Below are positions 49,968-61,045 of a DNA stretch of 64,000 nt, piece by piece. The position numbers and the translations under genes were made by a program. Below the pieces are notes generated by a model. That model ran no database searches, had not been told where the DNA came from, and saw only the letters and a list, made by a program, of their open reading frames with translations. Source of the stretch: Chloroflexota bacterium. GTDB lineage: Bacteria; Bacillota; Sulfobacillia; JBFLWA01; JBLNDB01. Position 1 is the stretch's first letter. Each line of letters begins with the position of its first letter. Where the stretch lies: assembly GCA_050261235.1 (NCBI GenBank), contig JBLNDB010000038.1:13445-77444 (forward strand), given 5' to 3'.

Positions 49968-52361
49968 TTACCTCCAGGCCGGTTCGCCCTTGATCAGGCC
50001 GCGACCGTCGGTTTTCAGCACCCAGGCGCCGGCGCCGCGGACGCCGACGGCGATGAAGCCGCCGTCGCTGGTCGGCAGCACGGCGCTGAGGGCCGGCAGA
50101 TCGGCGACCGTTGGCCCACGCAGCCAGCGCAGTTGGCCGGCCCCGTCCACCAGGGCGAGGAACGCTGTCTGGGCGCCATCCGGCCCGGCGACGTAGCCGC
50201 ATGCGACCGTCCCGCCGCTCATGAGGGGCGCGGCCGCCAGCGGCACGCATTGACGTTCGATGAGCACAGCGAAGCTGGGGGTGTCCGGGCCGAGTCCGGC
50301 GACCGGATTGCTGGCGCCGGTCGAGATCAGGCTGAGACCACCGGTTGGTGTGACGTCGATCTCCGCGACTCTCCGCCGGCCGAGCGGACCGACGCGGGCA
50401 ACCAGCCTCAGGCCGCCGTCCGTATCTCGCGTGAGCGACATCGGCCCGCTCGGGCTGAGGGCCTCGTCTGACCAGACGGCAACCCAGAGCGGCCGTCCCT
50501 CGCTGTCCAGGCGGGCGACGTAGGCGTCCTCGCTGGTCGGCGCCAGGCCCGCCAGCTGGAGCAGGCGGCGGTCAGGTTCGGCGTGCGGCGCCCCGAAGCG
50601 CGTGCCGGCGAGGGCGATGTCTCCCCCGGGCAGGGCGGCGATCAGCCGCACAGTGTAGCGATACGTCACACGCTGACGCGGCCGCGTGACCTCAGGTGCG
50701 CCGGGCGGCGGCGCTGACGCAGCCGGGCGGTCTCCCGAGGCATCCGCCAGTTGGCCGAGGTCGACGGGGTGCGCCCAGAGCTTCGCTCCGCTGCCGTCGA
50801 GCGCGACGATCAGCGGCTGGCCGGGGTCCGACGCCGCGTAACCGGCGACGACGTATCCACCGGCGTCACGTTCGGCTACGGCGACGGCTTGCTGAAGATC
50901 GGGCAGCGGCAGCGAGAACGTCACAGTGCGCGCCCAGAGGAGGTCGGACACCGCCGGCACGACCCGCGGCGCGACCCAGAGGCCGCCGCTGGTAACGACA
51001 ATCGCGACCGCGACAATCAGGACGCCGAGCCACGGATTGCGAGCGGTGCGCGACGGTTGGCTGTCGCGCCGGGCGCGCCCGCCGGCCAGACTGCACCCCA
51101 GGCCGGCGCCGGCCGACCCGACGGCGATCATCAGGGGCAGCGCCATCAGCCACGGCGCGCCGATCCGGACGCTGACCGCGCCCGTGTCCGACAGCAGCGA
51201 GACGGCGGCGCCGGTCGCGTCAAAGCGGATCGCACAGGCCCAGACCAGGAAGCCGCCAAGGCCGCCATAGCCGAGCCCGAATGACAACGCCGCGGCGAGG
51301 CGGCCGATCCGTCGCCGGCGTTCGAGCGCGATGCCGCCCGCGATCAGCGCGCTGAGCGGGATCAGCAGCAGGAGCAGGCGGAGTTGGCCGTATTGCGCCA
51401 GACTGCCGCCGGCGCCCTGGAGACCGGTGATGACGGAGACGCTCACGTTGCCGATCCGCTGCAGGTTGCTGAGCACCACGACCGGCGCCCCGTGCACGAG
51501 CGCCAGCGCGTACACCGCCACGTTGGGCGCCAGCAGCAGCGACCGGGGGACGCTGCCGCCGCTGGTGAAGGCAAGCAGCGAGAACACGGTCAACGCCAGC
51601 AACTCGCAGACGAGCGTCTGCATCCCGAGAATGACCGCCGGGACGCCGGCGCGGGCGCGCTGTTGCCACGTTCCGCCTGCCGCGGTGCCGGACGCTGGAA
51701 TGTCGATGACGGCGTCGGGTTGAGCATCGCCCTCATCGCTCCGCCGGCGCCGCCGCAGACCGCCCAGTGAGGCCCCGGGAGCGGCGAACAGGGCGATCAC
51801 CAATGCGCATGCGAACGCCTCGATCACGGGTCCTCCGCTGAGCAGGGCCATCAGCCCGAGCATAATCGCGTAGAGGAGCCCGGTCAGACCGACATACCAG
51901 GCCGGCGACAGCCGCGCCCGTGCCCGAAATCGCCCCCTGAACAGCGCCGTGCCGAGGCCGATGCTGATGAGCGGCACGAGCAGCAGGATGATCAGCCCGG
52001 CGCGCAGGGTCACGTCGATGTTCAGGAACGCCGCGTGTGACCGCGTGCGGACAGTGACGAGGTGGCTGCCCATGAACATGCTGAACGTGCTGACGAGGCT
52101 GAAGTTGCCGCCCGGCGCTGCGTCAAGGCTGGCCGTCAGCCAGCGGCCGACGACAACGGACAGTCCGGCCGACAGCCCGAGGCCAAACAGCACTGAAGCG
52201 ACAGCCGCGCAGAGCGCCGTCTTGAGCGCGGCCCAGAAACGCACGGCGGCGTCCCATGATGCTCTCAGACGGCTGGCGCCGCTCTCCGATTCAGCAGGCT
52301 GCACCAGCGCCGCTTCGGGCTCCGGGATCGCGGGTTTGGGCTCCGGGTGATCGTTCTCCAT
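49968..52361 (-). CDS. Large polytopic membrane protein with C-terminal beta-propeller-like (W-containing repeat) domain
   Basis: ATG (52361) 6 nt after GGAGG; acidic Pro-rich N-terminus, ~12 TM helices, then ~330 aa with repeated …G.(K/P)LW… motifs. Confidence 0.55.
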   Translation of the reverse strand: MENDHPEPKPAIPEPEAALVQPAESESGASRLRASWDAAVRFWAALKTALCAAVASVLFGLGLSAGLSVVVGRWLTASLDAAPGGNFSLVSTFSMFMGSHLVTVRTRSHAAFLNIDVTLRAGLIILLLVPLISIGLGTALFRGRFRARARLSPAWYVGLTGLLYAIMLGLMALLSGGPVIEAFACALVIALFAAPGASLGGLRRRRRSDEGDAQPDAVIDIPASGTAAGGTWQQRARAGVPAVILGMQTLVCELLALTVFSLLAFTSGGSVPRSLLLAPNVAVYALALVHGAPVVVLSNLQRIGNVSVSVITGLQGAGGSLAQYGQLRLLLLLIPLSALIAGGIALERRRRIGRLAAALSFGLGYGGLGGFLVWACAIRFDATGAAVSLLSDTGAVSVRIGAPWLMALPLMIAVGSAGAGLGCSLAGGRARRDSQPSRTARNPWLGVLIVAVAIVVTSGGLWVAPRVVPAVSDLLWARTVTFSLPLPDLQQAVAVAERDAGGYVVAGYAASDPGQPLIVALDGSGAKLWAHPVDLGQLADASGDRPAASAPPPGAPEVTRPRQRVTYRYTVRLIAALPGGDIALAGTRFGAPHAEPDRRLLQLAGLAPTSEDAYVARLDSEGRPLWVAVWSDEALSPSGPMSLTRDTDGGLRLVARVGPLGRRRVAEIDVTPTGGLSLISTGASNPVAGLGPDTPSFAVLIERQCVPLAAAPLMSGGTVACGYVAGPDGAQTAFLALVDGAGQLRWLRGPTVADLPALSAVLPTSDGGFIAVGVRGAGAWVLKTDGRGLIKGEPAWR

Positions 52362-52527
52362 GGTCGACCTCCTGTTGCGAGCCAGTCCCAGCGCGAGCGC
52401 GCGGGCAGACCGGCCGGCGGGAGATGGGGACATAACACCATATTCCCTTGCCCCGCTCCGTATGCTGCGACACAAACGAGAAACAAGCCACGCGGCGACC
52501 CGCGTGGCTTGTCACGCCTGGAATGCT

Positions 52528-53181
52528 CTAGAGTGCGCCGATCAGCCGGCGCAGCAGGAGCGACGCCGTGTACCACATGACCAGGGCGGATGCCCGGTTG
52601 AACCACAGGCGCAGTTGCTCGACGCGCCCGCTCGCCCGCAGCGTGTGGCCGACCGTGATCAGGAGGAAGAACCAGACCCAGGAGTTGATGATGCAGGCCG
52701 CCGTAAACGCCAGTCTGGCGGCCCCGGCCGGATGGGAGAGCGATGCCGGCCCAAGGACAGCCACCGTATCCATGATCGCGTGCGGGTTGAGCAGCGACAC
52801 CGAGACGGCGAACGCAACCTGGCGCCGGGCCGGCCAGGCTTCATGAGGCACTGCGGGGTCGTCCCCCGTGCCGCCGGCGGCCGTTCCCGTATGCCGCGGC
52901 CAGGTCGTCCAGCCCATGTAGGCGAGGAACAGGACCCCGGCGCCGGTGAGCGCCCGGTTCAGCCAGTCGGCGGCCAGGACTGCCACCGACACGCCGAGGA
53001 CCGCCAGCAGAATCAGCAGCGTGTCGCAGACCGACGCCGTGACCGCGGCCGGTACGGCCGACCGCCAGCGCTTGTGCAGCGTCCCCTGGTTGAGGACGAA
53101 CACGTTCTGCGGACCGAGCGGCAGGATCAACCCGGCGGCGAGGATCGCTCCTTCGACGAACGCGGCCAGCGGGGACGTCAT
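52528..53181 (-). CDS. LysE/RhtB-family amino-acid exporter
   Basis: 6-TM LysE fold (…ILPLGPQNVFVLNQG…); start overlaps the upstream PHP gene stop (ATGA). Confidence 0.75.
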   Translation of the reverse strand: MTSPLAAFVEGAILAAGLILPLGPQNVFVLNQGTLHKRWRSAVPAAVTASVCDTLLILLAVLGVSVAVLAADWLNRALTGAGVLFLAYMGWTTWPRHTGTAAGGTGDDPAVPHEAWPARRQVAFAVSVSLLNPHAIMDTVAVLGPASLSHPAGAARLAFTAACIINSWVWFFLLITVGHTLRASGRVEQLRLWFNRASALVMWYTASLLLRRLIGAL

Positions 53182-54092
53182 CTCGTTTCTCCCGGCGCGA
53201 GCCGCGCGGCCGGCGTCAGGGCGCCGGCGACGAAGCGATGGGTGACGGCGACTCCCGCGGCCGCCAACTCCGCGGCGGCGAAGTCGAACCGGTAGCCGAC
53301 CTCAGCCGGCGCATGGGCGTCGGAGCCGATGACGAACGGGATGCCGCGCCTCGTCACGCTGCCGACGTGGTGGGCGAGGATCAGCGGCCGGCCGATCGGA
53401 CGGCGCAGGCCGGACGTGTTGTACTCGACCGCGGTGCCGGTCTCGGCGAGCACGTCAAGGGTGCGCTCGAACTCATCCTCATAGAACGCCATGCCGTCCC
53501 GCCCGAGCAGCGCTGCCGGATCCGGCGTGAAACGGCAGAGCCCGTCGATGTGGCTGACGCAGTTGAACAGCCCGCTGCGCGCGGCCTCACGGATTGCCGC
53601 GAAGTAATCGCCGACCATCGCTCGCACGCCGAACTCGTCAAGCATCCGCTTCAGCGTCGGCAGGTCGGTGTCCCAGGGCCGGCCACGGTACAGATGGTGC
53701 GATGCGTTGACAGCGTCAACGGCGATTCCCGCCCGCTCGGCCCGCCGCCGCAGGTCCGCGAGCAGCCGCTCGGATGCGCCGAGATAGCCGGGAAGGATGT
53801 CCACCTCGAAGCCGAGCGACATCCCCAGCCTCGCCGCATCAGCGATCAGGGCGTCGACGTGGCCTGGGTCCATCGTGCAGGCGGCGGCGCCACGGGCGCC
53901 AAAGTGCGGGTCGAGCCCATGCGGCAGCCCAGCCTCGACATACTCCCGCGGCAGTGGCGCGTGTTCGCGCAGGCTGAGCGTCAGCCCGCGCTCGGCGGCG
54001 GCGTCGCGGTAGGCCGTGAGCGGCAAGGCATGGCCGCTGTGCCCGCAGTAGCGCGTATGGAGATGGTTATCGTGTGTAATCGTGGTCGACAA
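53178..54092 (-). CDS. PHP-family histidinol-phosphatase-like hydrolase
   Basis: HDNHLHTRYCGHS … GSDAHAPAEVG PHP motifs; TTG start 8 nt after AAAGGAG (the longer ORF upstream is an Arg-rich read-through). Confidence 0.7.
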   Translation of the reverse strand: MSTTITHDNHLHTRYCGHSGHALPLTAYRDAAAERGLTLSLREHAPLPREYVEAGLPHGLDPHFGARGAAACTMDPGHVDALIADAARLGMSLGFEVDILPGYLGASERLLADLRRRAERAGIAVDAVNASHHLYRGRPWDTDLPTLKRMLDEFGVRAMVGDYFAAIREAARSGLFNCVSHIDGLCRFTPDPAALLGRDGMAFYEDEFERTLDVLAETGTAVEYNTSGLRRPIGRPLILAHHVGSVTRRGIPFVIGSDAHAPAEVGYRFDFAAAELAAAGVAVTHRFVAGALTPAARLAPGETR

Positions 54093-54196
54093 TGGTAATA
54101 CTCCTTTCGGTCCACGCCGGGGACGAGACCCGATTCCCCTTCCCGCGCCCGATCTCCTTCCGCGCCGCGAGTGCCGCAAATTCCCGGCAGTGGGAG

Positions 54197-54225
54197 TTGA
54201 CAACCCGCGGACTGGTGATTAAGAT
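54197..54225 (+). promoter_or_regulatory. Sigma-A promoter of groESL (TTGACA-17-TAAGAT)
   Basis: -35 TTGACA and -10 TAAGAT immediately upstream of the CIRCE element (coordinates ±3). Confidence 0.5.
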
Positions 54226-54237
54226 ATTGATTGGATG

Positions 54238-54264
54238 TTAGCACTCACCTCAGGTGAGTGCTAA
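54238..54264 (+). promoter_or_regulatory. CIRCE (HrcA operator)
   Basis: TTAGCACTC-acctcaggt-GAGTGCTAA, a perfect match to the CIRCE 9-N9-9 inverted repeat, 38 nt upstream of groES. Confidence 0.9.
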
Positions 54265-54301
54265 GAATAGATAGACACTGATGTCGAAGGAGGGTTGAAA
54301 G

Positions 54302-54580
54302 TTGATCAAGCCGCTTGCTGATCGCGTCGTGGTGAAGGTCCTCAAGGAGGAAGAGAAGACCAGTGGTGGCATCTTCCTGCCGGACACCGCGAAGGAGAAG
54401 CCGCAGATCGCCGAAGTCGTTGCGGTCGGTCCTGGCAAGGTCGAGGATGGCCAGCGCGTCGCCATGGAAGTCAAGGTCGGCGACCAGGTCATTTTCGCCA
54501 AGTACAGCGGTACCGAGGTCAAGATCGACGGCACCGAGTACCTGATTCTCCGCGAAAGCGACATCCTCGCCGTCAAGTAG
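54302..54580 (+). CDS. groES: Co-chaperonin GroES
   Basis: [12 protein letters not shown]…[14 protein letters not shown]…; TTG start after AAGGAGGG. Confidence 0.95.
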   Translation: MIKPLADRVVVKVLKEEEKTSGGIFLPDTAKEKPQIAEVVAVGPGKVEDGQRVAMEVKVGDQVIFAKYSGTEVKIDGTEYLILRESDILAVK

Positions 54581-54631
54581 TGTCCGACATAGGGCGCCGG
54601 GCAGGGTCCCGCGCCCACACTTCGCACGTGA

Positions 54632-56260
<1,629 letters not shown>

Positions 56261-56265
56261 GCCGA

Positions 56266-56296
56266 AAGCGGAGTGCGCGTTAGCGCACTCCGCTTC
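56266..56296 (+). terminator. Hairpin terminator after groEL
   Basis: aagcggagtgcgc-gtta-gcgcactccgctt, a 13-bp perfect stem. Confidence 0.7.
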
Positions 56297-56304
56297 TCTG
56301 TCAT

Positions 56305-56635
56305 GTGACGGTAGATGCCCCCTCAGCGGGGACGGCGTCACGATGACCGAGCCGGGATCTCCATTGAAGAACATGGAAATCCCGACTCGGTCAACATGCC
56401 GCCAACCCCCGCTGAGGGGGCATCCGCCATCGCATCACAGCGAAGCGGAGCGTGCGGTGTGTACTCCGCTTTCGCTTAGAGGTATTGGGGGATCCCAGCC
56501 CGATCAACGTGTCCGCCACTCCTCATGGGGTCGCCCTCATCATCACCGCGCAGAGCGAAGCGTTGCGTGAAAAGTAGATGCCGCCTCCCCCCCGCTGAGG
56601 GGGCATCTGTCGTCGCATTACCCGATCAACGTGGG
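56305..56635. repeat. Repeat-rich, highly structured intergenic region (three module types, both orientations)
   Basis: (A) gatgccccctcagcgggg at ~56314, with its reverse complement cccccgctgagggggcatc at ~56406 and ~56587. (B) a second copy of the groEL terminator stem (agcgaagcggag…ctccgctttcgct, ~56438-56478) and a partial third (gagcgaagcg ~56553). (C) cccgatcaacgtg at ~56500 and ~56620, and the similar cggtcaacatgcc at ~56385. Confidence 0.7.
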
Positions 56636-56773
56636 ACTGCAGGACATGATCAAGACAGCGCGAATCCTCTCAACCGACAGTTGAGGGATGGGTTGCCAAA
56701 GGTCCCTGATGCAACCAACGGTCGCTGGACGGCGGCCGTCGCCGCAGGTATAACGTGATTGGAGGCTCCCATT

Positions 56774-57985
56774 ATGGTCACAGTCGACAAAGCGATGGTC
56801 GGACGGCGAATCCGCGCGCTCAGGCTGTCGCGCGGGCTGACGCAGGTCGGGCTGGCCGACCGGCTCCATGTCACCGGCCAAGCGATCTCGAAGTGGGAGA
56901 AGGGCTACGCGCTTCCCGATACGGCGATCCTGCCCGCCCTCGCCGGCATCCTCGGGACTTCGATCGACGGCCTGCTCATGACCCAGGGTCTGGCCGCGGC
57001 AGCCGGCACATCGGGTCAGGATCGCGTCCGCCGGCTACCCGGCTTCACGTGGCTGCCGGGCAGCATCCTGATGGGCGGCTGCGTCAAGTCCTGCCTGCGT
57101 TTCCTTGGCATCAGCATCTCCGACGCCTGGGTATCCGGCGGCTACGCCTTCATCCTCAACATCAGCCGCAATGTCACTATGGCCGGCCCGGAGAGCTGGC
57201 CCGACGCCGGCATGCTCGACCGCTTGACCGAGGACTATGGCGGCGTCCACGAACGCATTCAGGCCCTGCGCCGGGACAGTGCCTTTCGCGAAGCCCAGGC
57301 GCTGGCCTGGGCGAAGATCAGATCGGCGATCGACAAGGGCCTGCCTTGCTTCGGCTGGGAACTTGACCAGCCCTACTGGTACATCATCAACGGCTACGAC
57401 GACATCGGCTACTACTTCATGGGACCGGGGCGCGAGGCTGGGGCAGGCCCCAAGCCGTGGACCGAGCTTGGCGACTCGGCCTGGGGCGTGCTTGAGGTGC
57501 ACATCATCCGGCCCGGACACATCGCTGACAACCTGAAGACAATCAGGGACGTGCTGGTACTTGCCCTCGAGCACGCGGGGCGTCAGGCGTCGGGCCCGGA
57601 TGGCGACCTGACGGGATCCGCGGGCTACGAGCACTGGATTGAGGCCATCGAAGCAGGCACCGGTGACAGCCACGGGCTCGCGTTCAACGCCGCCTTCTAT
57701 GCCCGGGCGCGCGAGCTGGCAGTCGAGTTCCTTGCCGAAGCCAGGCAGCGCACCGGTGATGCGTTCCCGACTCTGTTCCGGGAGGCAATCGAGGCCTATC
57801 AGGCCGTCAGCACAGCCCTGTCTGACCTTGCCCGGCTCTTCCCGCTGCCAGGCAACGATGACTGGCGATCCGACCAGCCCTGCCGCCGGGCAGCCGTCGG
57901 CCATCTGCGCGACGCGATGGCGGCAGAGGCGGCCGGGCGCGCCGTCATGGCACGGCTGCTCGCCGCGATCGACCGGGTCTGGTAG
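56774..57985 (+). CDS. XRE-family HTH regulator with large C-terminal domain (BtrH/DUF4872-like)
   Basis: N-terminal HTH_3 (RIRALRLSRGLTQVGLADRLHVTGQAISKWEKG), then ~330 aa of an unassigned domain; ATG 8 nt after GGAGG. Confidence 0.7.
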   Translation: MVTVDKAMVGRRIRALRLSRGLTQVGLADRLHVTGQAISKWEKGYALPDTAILPALAGILGTSIDGLLMTQGLAAAAGTSGQDRVRRLPGFTWLPGSILMGGCVKSCLRFLGISISDAWVSGGYAFILNISRNVTMAGPESWPDAGMLDRLTEDYGGVHERIQALRRDSAFREAQALAWAKIRSAIDKGLPCFGWELDQPYWYIINGYDDIGYYFMGPGREAGAGPKPWTELGDSAWGVLEVHIIRPGHIADNLKTIRDVLVLALEHAGRQASGPDGDLTGSAGYEHWIEAIEAGTGDSHGLAFNAAFYARARELAVEFLAEARQRTGDAFPTLFREAIEAYQAVSTALSDLARLFPLPGNDDWRSDQPCRRAAVGHLRDAMAAEAAGRAVMARLLAAIDRVW

Positions 57986-58044
57986 CCCGACCGTGCGACA
58001 TGCTCGCGGGCGCGTTCTGCATGAAGACTCAGGGAGGGAAGACC

Positions 58045-59061
58045 ATGGACGAGATAGCTCTCAGGGAGCATTTGCGCAAGCGGGGGTACCGTGAGGAGAC
58101 GCTTCCGGCGATGACCGCCGCCGCTTGCGGGTTCGCGCGCCACCTCGGCCGGAGCGGCGATCCCGACGCAGTGCGGCATGCCACCGTAGCCGACTTCGAG
58201 GACTACTCGCGCCAACTCATGCAGACCGGAGAGAACACTCCGGTGGCGTATGAGGCAATCGCCGAGTGCGCGCTGCTCGAGGGTAACCAACAGGTCTACA
58301 CGGCGGCGCTCGAGACCGTCGACGGCTGGGACGTGCCCCAGACGCTCGCTGAGCGAATCGAGGCTGCGTCCGGGGTCAGGGCCCGCGACGAGGTATTCGC
58401 CGGCGTGCCGATGCCGTCCATTGGGCTGGGCAAGCTGGACCAGGCCACGCTGATGCAGACCGTCATCAGCCGGATGGCCCGGACACTGCCTGAACACACC
58501 TGCCGCTCGCTTCTCACCGAACTGAAGCATGCGCTGCCAGCGATGACCGCCGAAGACGTTGCCGACGACCGGCGGCTCCTGGCTGAAAGCGCAGACATCG
58601 ATGAGTTCCTGAGTGCCAGGCATCGTGGCTGGCTGGCCAAGCTCGAGGCGCTCAAGGACCGCGGCGAACCCCTCTGGACGATCACCATCGATGACGAACT
58701 GCTGTCATACCTGCGGCAGAATCCCGAAATCGGCGGCGGGGTCAGGCACGGCAACCGCGTCTACGAGTCGAAGATCCCCTATGTTCCGCAGCGCTATCTG
58801 CATGAGACTGACCCAGTGATGAAACGGTACTACTTCTGCCACTGCCCGTGGGCCCGCGAGGCCATCCGCAGACAGGATCTGCCGCAGGTCCCGGCCATGT
58901 TCTGCCACTGCAGCCTTGGCTACAGCAAGAACTACTGGGACGCCCTGTTCGGTTGCCAGGTCGAAGGCGAGTTGGTGGAATCAGTCCTGAATGGCGATCT
59001 CCGCTGTCGCATGTCCTTCACCCTTCCGGCACAGTACCAGATCCCGCAATATGGGGCGTGA
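58045..59061 (+). CDS. Hypothetical protein with C-terminal Cys/His cluster
   Basis: ATG 6 nt after GGGAGGG; C-terminal YFCHCPW…FCHCSLGY…C motif suggests metal binding. No family assigned. Confidence 0.5.
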   Translation: MDEIALREHLRKRGYREETLPAMTAAACGFARHLGRSGDPDAVRHATVADFEDYSRQLMQTGENTPVAYEAIAECALLEGNQQVYTAALETVDGWDVPQTLAERIEAASGVRARDEVFAGVPMPSIGLGKLDQATLMQTVISRMARTLPEHTCRSLLTELKHALPAMTAEDVADDRRLLAESADIDEFLSARHRGWLAKLEALKDRGEPLWTITIDDELLSYLRQNPEIGGGVRHGNRVYESKIPYVPQRYLHETDPVMKRYYFCHCPWAREAIRRQDLPQVPAMFCHCSLGYSKNYWDALFGCQVEGELVESVLNGDLRCRMSFTLPAQYQIPQYGA

Positions 59062-59078
59062 CAGGCGACGGGAGGCCG

Positions 59079-59858
59079 ATGGCGATGAAGCCCGATTCAG
59101 CTCAGGAACAGTGGCTGTCCCTCTTCCGACGCGCGGGCTACCCACGCAGCAACAACTATGACCCCCAGTGGATCGTCGACAACGCGCTGGGGTCGCACTG
59201 CATCTGGCTGACCGAAGCCATCACAGGGGTGATGGACCTCCGGCCCGGGATGCGCGTCCTCGATCTCGGCTGCGGCAGGGCGATCAGCTCGATCTTCCTC
59301 GCCAGGGAGTTCGGCGTGCAGGTCTGGGCCGTCGACATCGGCGTGCCGGCGGGCGAGAACCTGGAGCGAATACGCGCTGCCGGCGTCGAGGAGCGCGTCT
59401 TCCCGTTGCGCGCCGATGCCCGCTCGCTGCCATTCGCGGACGGCTTCTTCGATGCCGTGGTGAGCATCAACGCCTACTGGATCTTCGGCACCGACGACTT
59501 CTACCTGCCGCGCGGTCTCGCACCGCTGCTCAAGCCGGGCGCCATGGCCGGTCTGATCGTCCCCGGCCTCAAGCAGGAGCTTACAGGTGAATTGCCAGGC
59601 CACATCAAGCCGTATTGGATCAGTGACGTCATTGCCTACCACTCGCCGTCATGGTGGCGGACGCACCTCGAGCGGAGCGGTCTGGTCGACGTGCTGATCA
59701 GCGACTGCCTTGAGGGGAACGAAGGCATCGACATCTGGCGCGACTGGGCCAGGATCAAGCGCGTCACCGACCCGCTGATCGAGAACGATCACGGCCGGAA
59801 CATCAGCTTTGTCAGGCTGCTGGTGAAGCGAAAGACGGATGATATGAAAACTACATAG
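59079..59858 (+). CDS. Class I SAM-dependent methyltransferase
   Basis: Motif I VLDLGCGRAISSIFLA, post-I acidic residue, motif II/III (FDAVVSINAY); RBS GGGAGG. Confidence 0.75.
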   Translation: MAMKPDSAQEQWLSLFRRAGYPRSNNYDPQWIVDNALGSHCIWLTEAITGVMDLRPGMRVLDLGCGRAISSIFLAREFGVQVWAVDIGVPAGENLERIRAAGVEERVFPLRADARSLPFADGFFDAVVSINAYWIFGTDDFYLPRGLAPLLKPGAMAGLIVPGLKQELTGELPGHIKPYWISDVIAYHSPSWWRTHLERSGLVDVLISDCLEGNEGIDIWRDWARIKRVTDPLIENDHGRNISFVRLLVKRKTDDMKTT

Positions 59859-59866
59859 AACGACTT

Positions 59867-59895
59867 GCAGGCGCCCCTCCACCGGGGGCGCCTGC
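59867..59895 (+). terminator. Hairpin after methyltransferase gene
   Basis: gcaggcgcccc-tccacc-gggggcgcctgc. Confidence 0.5.
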
Positions 59896-60197
59896 TGCAT
59901 CCCGACCAGCCGGTGCCCAGAATTACCCCTTGCATATCTATGCTTTTGGGAGCATAATCGTCTTTGACAACCCCCGTCGATGGCAGCCGAAATCTCGCCA
60001 GACGATGGGAGCTGGAAGCTCGGAGCAGTCCTGGCACGCGGTGATGCTTGTCATCATTGACGTCGTCGCCACTCGACGCGCCGCAGCGCATGGGTCGTTC
60101 CCCTCCTGTTGGCTGAAAACGCTGAATTTTGCCGGTTTACAGTTTTCAGGAAGGGTGTTAGGATACAAGTATGAATAGTGTGGAGGAGGATTATTCC

Positions 60198-60977
60198 ATG
60201 CGGACCGGACTGCGCAACGTCTTGCTGGTGTCTCTGGTTGCTGTTCTGATCGTCGCCGCTGTCTCGGGCTGTGGCCCGAAGCAGTCGCCAGGCTACGCCG
60301 CCGTGATGAAAGCCAAGAAGCTGATCGTCGGCACCGAAGCCGGGTTCCAACCGTTCGAGTTCGCCGACGAGAACAACAACATCATCGGCTTCGACATCGA
60401 CCTGGCCGCGGAGATCGCAAAGGATCTCGGAGTCGAGATGGAAGTTCAGGACATGAAGTTCGACGCGCTCATCCCGGCGCTGCAGACGGGGAAGATCAAC
60501 ATGATTGCCGCCGGCTTCAGCATCAAGCCGGACCGACTCGAGGTCGTCGACTTCAGCGAACCCTATGCTGATGCCGGTCAGTCCATCGTCGTGACGATGA
60601 ACAACGTCGTCATCACCAAGGCCGACGACCTTGCGGGCAAGCGGATCGGCGTCCAAAGCGGTACGACCGGCGACGACACCATCACCGAGACCTACAAGGA
60701 CGCCACGATCACCCGCTATGACCGGTTCACCGATGCGTTCCTCGATCTTCAGAACGGCAACCTTGATGCCGTCGTGCTCGACCAGCCGGTCGCTCAGGCG
60801 TACGTCTCCTCCGCTGGCGGCAAGCTGAAGGTCGTCGGCGAGCCCCTCTCCTCCGAGAAGTATGCGCTGGCGTTCCAGAAGGGGGCCAAGGAACTCGTCG
60901 AGTCGGCGAACAAGACCCTTGCGCGGATGAAGCAGGACGGCAGCTTCGACAAGCTGATCCAGAAGTGGTTCAAATAG
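60198..60977 (+). CDS. Polar amino-acid ABC transporter substrate-binding lipoprotein
   Basis: Lipobox AAVSGCG; SBP_bac_3 motifs (…KKLIVGTEAGFQPFEF…, AAGFSI, GTTGDD). Confidence 0.85.
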   Translation: MRTGLRNVLLVSLVAVLIVAAVSGCGPKQSPGYAAVMKAKKLIVGTEAGFQPFEFADENNNIIGFDIDLAAEIAKDLGVEMEVQDMKFDALIPALQTGKINMIAAGFSIKPDRLEVVDFSEPYADAGQSIVVTMNNVVITKADDLAGKRIGVQSGTTGDDTITETYKDATITRYDRFTDAFLDLQNGNLDAVVLDQPVAQAYVSSAGGKLKVVGEPLSSEKYALAFQKGAKELVESANKTLARMKQDGSFDKLIQKWFK

Positions 60978-61045
60978 CGGATCTGGCCGAGTCACTGGGC
61001 GCCCTCAGCGCGGGGGCGCCCAGTTCCTGACAGGGAGGGGCTAAC

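Noticed and set aside
56343-56758. Two ORFs (75 and 77 aa) in the post-groEL repeat region
   Set aside because: The sequence is built from inverted and direct repeat modules and hairpins. Translations are Pro/Arg/His/Ser low-complexity. No RBS.
59900-60197. Riboswitch or T-box leader upstream of the amino-acid ABC transporter
   Set aside because: Inspected for T-box specifier/antiterminator, glycine, lysine and SAM motifs. No recognisable conserved core was found. Left unannotated.
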